Below, piece by piece: positions 31,860 to 32,000 of a stretch of 32,000 nucleotides of DNA (positions are counted from its first letter, which is position 1; each line of letters starts with the position of its first letter). The translations under genes and the position numbers were made by a program. Below the pieces are notes generated by a model that worked only from the letters and a program-made list of their open reading frames with translations, did no database searches and had not been told where the DNA came from. The stretch covers positions 1,110,001 through 1,142,000 of the forward strand of contig CP006868.1 in assembly GCA_025340205.1 (NCBI GenBank), in the 5' to 3' direction. This stretch comes from Ignicoccus pacificus DSM 13166 (GTDB taxonomy: Archaea > Thermoproteota > Thermoprotei_A > Sulfolobales > Ignicoccaceae).

Positions 31860-32000
31860 TCAGAGCCCTTTCGCGTGGGGCTCAAAGGGGTTAAATTGTT
31901 GGGAAGAGGACTCCACGTCCTCAGGCTTTAAACATTTTTCATTATTCAAACAAGCTATCATCACCTCTACCTCGTACTTCCTCGGAACGATTAGGGCCGC
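31860..32000 (-). CDS. 3' end of an unidentified gene (partial), apparently co-oriented with the pilin-like genes
   Basis: Hand translation of the minus strand stays open from the right edge: ..AALIVPRKYEVEVMIACLNNEKCLKPEDVESSSQQFNPFEPHAKGL. The TGA stop is at 31860-31862, 3 nt before the pilin-like TTG start. Confidence 0.3.
   Translation of the reverse strand, partial: AALIVPRKYEVEVMIACLNNEKCLKPEDVESSSQQFNPFEPHAKGL

Overview
The window looks like chromosomal DNA from a hyperthermophilic crenarchaeon, possibly Desulfurococcales or Ignicoccus-like, but that placement is only a guess. Supporting signs are archaeal/eukaryal-type ribosomal proteins S25e and L10e, Sec61beta, Glu/Lys/Arg/Val/Ile-rich proteins, many TTG/GTG starts, and tightly packed or overlapping genes. 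All family calls come from motifs read by eye in the supplied translations. No searches or computations were run.

Layout:
- 1-9.3 kb: housekeeping genes (S25e, a PAC2 proteasome chaperone, VapBC, a LeuD-like/MDR-like/amidohydrolase operon, Sec61beta, MazG-like, a MiaB/MtaB-type methylthiotransferase, a TDT-family transporter).
- 9.35-11.06 kb: an AT-rich leader and a 19-repeat CRISPR array with no cas genes in the window.
- 11.1-14.2 kb: visibly low-GC accessory DNA interrupted by rpl10e. It holds an orphan hypothetical gene and a two-gene module of an ABC/AAA_21-type ATPase plus a small Toprim-like protein. This module is my best candidate for an undescribed defence system.
- 14.2-16.1 kb: THUMP and YkgJ-type Cys-cluster proteins and a second PIN toxin locus.
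- 16.1-19.3 kb: a tetraheme cytochrome c, a Tat-exported 4x[4Fe-4S] NrfC-like protein and an NrfD-like membrane subunit.
- 19.3-21.8 kb: a ClpP/SDH-fold-like protein coupled to an HDAC-family deacetylase, then a Met/Gly-rich secreted protein.
- 21.8-25.0 kb: a divergent pair of an HExxH/VWA-like protein and a MoxR-like AAA+ ATPase. This is the second candidate system.
- 25.0-30.8 kb: peroxiredoxin, NadC/ModD-like, radical SAM, SerA-like dehydrogenase, class II aldolase, CBS protein, methyltransferase.
- 30.8-32.0 kb: two overlapping genes with type IV pilin-like (class III) signal peptides.

A possible C/D-box sRNA lies at about 1192-1248.
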